Assembly: GCA_964016885.1 (NCBI GenBank)
Contig: OZ024741.1
Span: 23,622,001-23,686,000, forward strand
Source: Eledone cirrhosa
Taxonomy: Eukaryota
Direction of reading: 5' to 3'
Length of the DNA stretch: 64,000 nt
Below, one piece after another: positions 59,301 through 64,000 of the stretch; position 1 is the stretch's first letter, and each line of letters opens with the position of its first letter. The notes beneath the pieces were generated by a model. It had not been told where the DNA came from and searched no databases. It saw only the letters and a program-made list of their open reading frames with translations. Made by a program: the position numbers and the translations under genes.

Positions 59301-62300
59301 AAGAACAATTCCAACTGGATAGGACACCAGTCTATCACAGGGTTAACACTCAGCTGAAGAACAATTCCAACTGGATAGGACACCAGTCTATCACAGGGTT
59401 AACACTCAGCTGAAGAACAATTCCAACTGGATAGGACACCAGTCTATCACAGGGTTAACACTCAGCTGAAGAACAATTCCAACTGGATAGACACCAGTCT
59501 ATCACAGGGTTAACACTCAGCTGAAGAACAATTCCAACTGGATAGGACACCAGTCTATCACAGGTTTAACACCTAGCTGAAGAACAATCCCAAATGGATA
59601 GGACACCAGTCTATCACAGGGTTAACACCTACCTGAAGGACAAACCAAATGGATAGGACACCAGTCTATCACAGGGTTAACACTCAGCTGAAGAACAATC
59701 CCAAATGGATAGGACACCAGTCTATCACAGGGTTAACACTCAGCTGAAGAACAATTCCAACTGGATAGGACACCAGTCTATCACAGGGTTAACAGCTAGC
59801 TGAAGAACAATCCCAAATGGATAGGACACCAGTCTATCACAGGGTTATCACTCAGCTGAAGAACAATTCCAACTGGATAGGACACCAGTCTATCAGAGGG
59901 TAACACTCAGCTGAAGAACAATTCCAACTGGATAGGACACCAGTCTATCAGAGGGTTATCACTCAGCTGAAGAACAATTCCAACTGGATAGGACACCAGT
60001 CTATCAGAGGGTTAACACTCAGCTGAAGAACAATTCCAACTGGATAGGACACCAGTCTATCAGAGGGTTAACACTCAGCTGAAGAACAATTCCAACTGGA
60101 TAGGACACCAGTCTATCAGAGGGTTAACACTCAGCTGAAGAACAATTCCAACTGGATAGGACACCAGTCTATCACAGGGTTAACACTCAGCTGAAGAACA
60201 ATTCCTACTGGATAGGACACCAGTCTATCACAGGGTTAACACACAGCTGAAGAACAATTCCAACTGGATAGGACACCAGTCTATCACAGGGTTAACACTC
60301 AGCTGAAGAACAATTCCAACTGGATAGGACACCAGTCTATCACAGGGTTAACACACAGCTGAAGAACAATTCCAACTGGATAGGACACCAGTCTATCAGA
60401 GGGTTAACACTCAGCTCAAGAACAATTCCAACTGGATAGGACACCAATCTATCAGAGGGTTATCACTCAGCTGAAGAACAATTCCAACTGGATAGGACAC
60501 CAGTCTATCACAGGGTTAACACTCAGCTGAAGAACAATTCCAACTGGATAGGACACCAGTCTATCAGAGGGTTATCACTCAGCTGAAGAACAATTCCAAC
60601 TGAATAGGACACCAGTCTATCAGAGGGTTAACACTCAGCTGAAGAACAATTCCAACTGGATAGGACACCAGTCTATCACAGGGTTAACACTCAGCTGAAG
60701 AACAATTCCAACTGGATAGGACACCAGTCTATCACAGGGTTAACACACAGCTGAAGAACAATTCCAACTGGATAGGACACCAGTCTATCACAGGGTTAAC
60801 ACTCAGCTGAAGAACAATTTCAAATGGATAGGACACCAGTCTATCAGAGGGTTAACACCTAGCTGAAGAACAATTCCAACTGGATAGGACACCAGTCTAT
60901 CAGAGGGTTAACACACAGCTGAAGAACAATTCCAACTGGATAGGACACCAGTCTATCAGAGGGTTAACACTCAGCTGAAGAACAATCCCAACTGGATAGG
61001 ACACCAGTCTATCACAGGGTTAACACTCAGCTGAAGAACAATTCCAACTGGATAGGACACCAGTCTATCACAGGGTTAACACACAGCTGAAGAACAATTC
61101 CAACTGGATAGGACACCAGTCTATCACAGGGTTAACACACAGCTGAAGAACAATTCCAACTGGATAGGACACCAGTCTATCAGAGGGTTAACACACAGCT
61201 GAAGAACTATTCCAACTGGATAGGACACCAGTCTATCAGAGGGTTATCACTCAGCTGAAGAACAATTCCAACTGGATAGGACACCAGTCTATCAGAGGGT
61301 TAACACTCAGCTGAAGAACAATTCCAACTGGATAGGACACCAGTCTATCACAGGGTTAACACTCAGCTGAAGAAAAATTCCAACTGGATAGGACACCAGT
61401 CTATCACATGGTTAACACACAGCTGAAGAACAATTCCAACTGGATAGGACACCAGTCTATCAGAGGGTTAACACTCAGCTGAAGAACAATTCCAACTGGA
61501 TAGGACACCAGTCTATCAGAGGGTTAACACTCAGCTGAAGAACAATTCCAACTGGATAGGACACCAGTCTATCACAGGGTTAACACTCAGCTGAAGAACA
61601 ATTTCAAATGGATAGGACACCAGTCTATCAGAGGGTTATCACTCAGCTGAAGAACAATTCCAACTGGATAGGACACCAGTCTATCACAGGGTTAACACAC
61701 AGCTGAAGAACAATTCCAACTGGATAGGACACCAGTCTATCAGAGGGTTAACACTCAGCTGAAGAACAATCCCAACTGGATCAGACACAAGTCTATCAGA
61801 GGGTTAACACTCAGCTGAAGAACAATTCCAACTGGATAGGACACCAGTCTATCACAGGGTTAACACACAGCTGAAGAACAATTCCAACTGGATAGGACAC
61901 CAGTCTATCACAGGGTTAACACTCAGCTGAAGAACAATTCCAACTGGATAGGACACCAGTCTATCACAGGGTTAACACACAGCTGAAGAACAATTCCGAC
62001 TGGATAGGACACCAGTCTATCAGAGGGTTAACACACAGGTGAAGAACAATTCCAACTGGATAGGACACCAGTCTATCAGAGGGTTAACACTCAGCTGAAG
62101 AACAATTCCAACTGGATAGGACACCAGTCTATCACAGGGTTAACACTCAGCTGAAAAACAATTCCAACTGCATAGGACACCAGTCTATTAGAGGGTTATC
62201 ACTCAGCTGAAGAACAATTCCAACTGGATAGGACACCAGTCTATCAGAGGGTTAACACTCATCTGAAGAACAATTCCAACTGGATAGAACACCAGTCTAT

Positions 62301-64000
62301 CACAGGGTTAACACTCAGCTGAAGAACAATTCCAACTGGATAGGACACCAGTCTATCACAGGGTTAACACACAGCTGAAGAACAATTCCAACTGGATAGG
62401 ACACCAGTCTATCAGAGGGTTAACACTCAGCTCAAGAACAATTCCAACTGGATAGGACACCAATCTATCAGAGGGTTAGCACTAAGCTGAAGAACAATTC
62501 CATCTGGATAGGACACCAGTCTATCACAGGGTTAACACACAGCAGAAGAACAATTCCAACTGGATAGGACACAAGTCTATCACAGGGTTAACACTCAGCT
62601 GAAGAACAATTCCAACTGGATAGGACACCAGTCTATCACAGGGTTATCACTCAGCTGAAGAACAATTCCAACTGGATAGGACACCAGTCTATCAGAGGGT
62701 TATCACTCAGCTGAAGAACAATTCCAACTGGATAGGACACCAGTCTATCACAGGGTTAACACTCAGCTGAAGAACAATTCCAACTGGATAGGACACCAGT
62801 CTATCACAGGGTTATCACTCAGCTGAAGAACAATTCCAACTGGATAGGACACCAGTCTATCAGAGGGTTAACACACAGCTGAAGAACAATTCCAACTGGA
62901 TAGGACACCAGTCTATCAGAGGGTTATCACTCAGCTGCAGAACAATTCCAACTGGATAGGACACCAGTCTATCACAGGGTTAACACTCAGCTGTAGAACA
63001 ATTCCAACTGGATAGGACACCAGTCTATCAGAGGGTTAACACTCAGCTGAAGAACAATTCCAACTGGATAGGACATCAGTCTATCAGAGGGTTAACACTC
63101 AGCTGAAAAACAATTCCAACTGGATGGGACACCAGTCTATCACAGGGATAACACTCAGCTGAAGAACAATTCCAACTGGATAGGACACCAGTCTATCACA
63201 GGGTTAACACTCAGCTGAAGAACAATTCCAACTGGATAGGACACCAGTCTATCACAGGGTTAACACTCAGCTGAAGAACAATGCCAACTGGATAGGACAC
63301 CAGTCTATCAGAGGGTTAACACTCAGCTGAAGAACAATTCCAACTGGATAGGACACCAGTCTATCAGAGGGTTAACACTCAGCTGAAGAACAATTCCAAC
63401 TGGATAGGACACCAGTCTATCAGAGGGTTAACACTCAGCTGAAGAACAATTCCAACTGGATAGGACACCAGTCTATCACAGGGTTAACACTCAGCTGAAG
63501 AACAATTCCAACTGGATAGGACACCAGTCTATCACAGGGTTGACACTCAGCTGAAGAACAATTCCAACTGGATAGGACACCAGTCTATCAGAGGGTTAAC
63601 ACTCAGCTGAAGAACAATTCCAACTGGATAGGACACCAGTCTATCACAGGGTTAACACTCAGCTGAAGAACAATTCCAACTGGATAGGACACTAGTCTAT
63701 CACAGGGTTAACACTCAGCTGAAGAACAATTCCAACTGGATAGGACACCAGTCTATCACAGGGTTAACACTCAGCTGAAGAACAATTCCAACTGGATAGA
63801 CACCAGTCTATCACAGGGTTAACACTCAGCTGAAGAACAATTCCAACTGGATAGGACACCAGTCTATCACAGGTTTAACACCTAGCTGAAGAACAATCCC
63901 AAATGGATAGGACACCAGTCTATCACAGGGTTAACACCTACCTGAAGGACAAACCAAATGGATAGGACACCAGTCTATCACAGGGTTAACACTCAGCTGA
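56350..64000. repeat. Diverged tandem duplication, period 4,421/4,365/4,309 bp (79/78/77 monomers minus 3 bp)
   Basis: AATTTCAAAT 56395/60816 (4,421). CTGGATCAGA 57411/61776, CAGGTGAAG 57671/62036, TTAGCACTAA 58111/62476 and GGATAAC 58781/63146 (4,365). AATGCC 58971/63280 and ACCTGAAGGACAAACC 59631/63940 (4,309). Confidence 0.88.

Larger units (their letters stand above)
1..64000. repeat. 56-bp tandem satellite array (~1,140 monomers), extending beyond both window edges
   Basis: ACCAGT recurs at 1, 57, 113 and so on, with ACCAGTCTAT in phase at 281, 841 and 1681 (multiples of 56). Consensus ACCAGTCTATCACAGGGTTAACACTCAGCTGAAGAACAATTCCAACTGGATAGGAC. Most monomers carry a HpaI site (GTTAAC) and a PvuII site (CAGCTG). 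No unique sequence seen anywhere. Confidence 0.99.

Noticed and set aside
41905-63940. Identical 4,309-bp spacing in block B and in the right-hand duplication
   Set aside because: The diagnostic variants and the three 1-bp deletions differ between the two regions, so the equal length looks coincidental.
1-64000. CRISPR array
   Set aside because: There are no unique spacers: the entire 56 bp is repeated with only point variants, and there is no leader or cas gene.
1-64000. Long repetitive protein-coding exon (mucin-like or VNTR gene)
   Set aside because: 56 is not a multiple of 3, stop codons occur on both strands within every few monomers, and the ORF track shows nothing longer than 66 aa.
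1-64000. Sequencing concatemer or pure assembly artefact
   Set aside because: Variants are discrete, linked and hierarchically shared, and block copies carry private substitutions, as expected for an evolved array. The exact block order still needs read validation.
1-64000. Inversions, TE insertions, telomeric repeats, tRNA/5S arrays
   Set aside because: No reverse-orientation monomer or foreign sequence was seen. GGGTTA occurs only once per monomer, not in tandem, and no cloverleaf or 5S-like sequence is recognisable.

Overview
The whole 64-kb window is one uninterrupted, head-to-tail satellite DNA array of a 56-bp monomer, consensus ACCAGTCTATCACAGGGTTAACACTCAGCTGAAGAACAATTCCAACTGGATAGGAC (about 1,140 copies, 25/56 GC, no CpG in the consensus, all copies in the same orientation). 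I see no genes, RNA genes, CRISPR spacers or inserted elements. The seven 66-aa ORFs are artefacts of a recurrent 1-bp deletion in the repeat. The structure lies in the order of monomer variants. From 1 to ~51.2 kb the array is built from near-identical multi-kb higher-order blocks: an 84-mer of 4,702 bp in three full copies, a 77-mer partner giving a ~9.0-kb super-unit, and local 53-, 31-, 88-, 93- and 4-mer duplications. From ~51.2 kb to the end there is a different, more diverged domain with its own ~2.0-kb and ~4.3-kb duplications. The monomer contains a bulged hairpin, and on the minus strand it resembles, from memory only, the 3' stem-loop region of animal tRNA-derived SINEs with both CpGs decayed to TpG. 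This suggests a SINE-derived eukaryotic, possibly (peri)centromeric, satellite. All periods were measured by hand from marker variants, and block boundaries are approximate.
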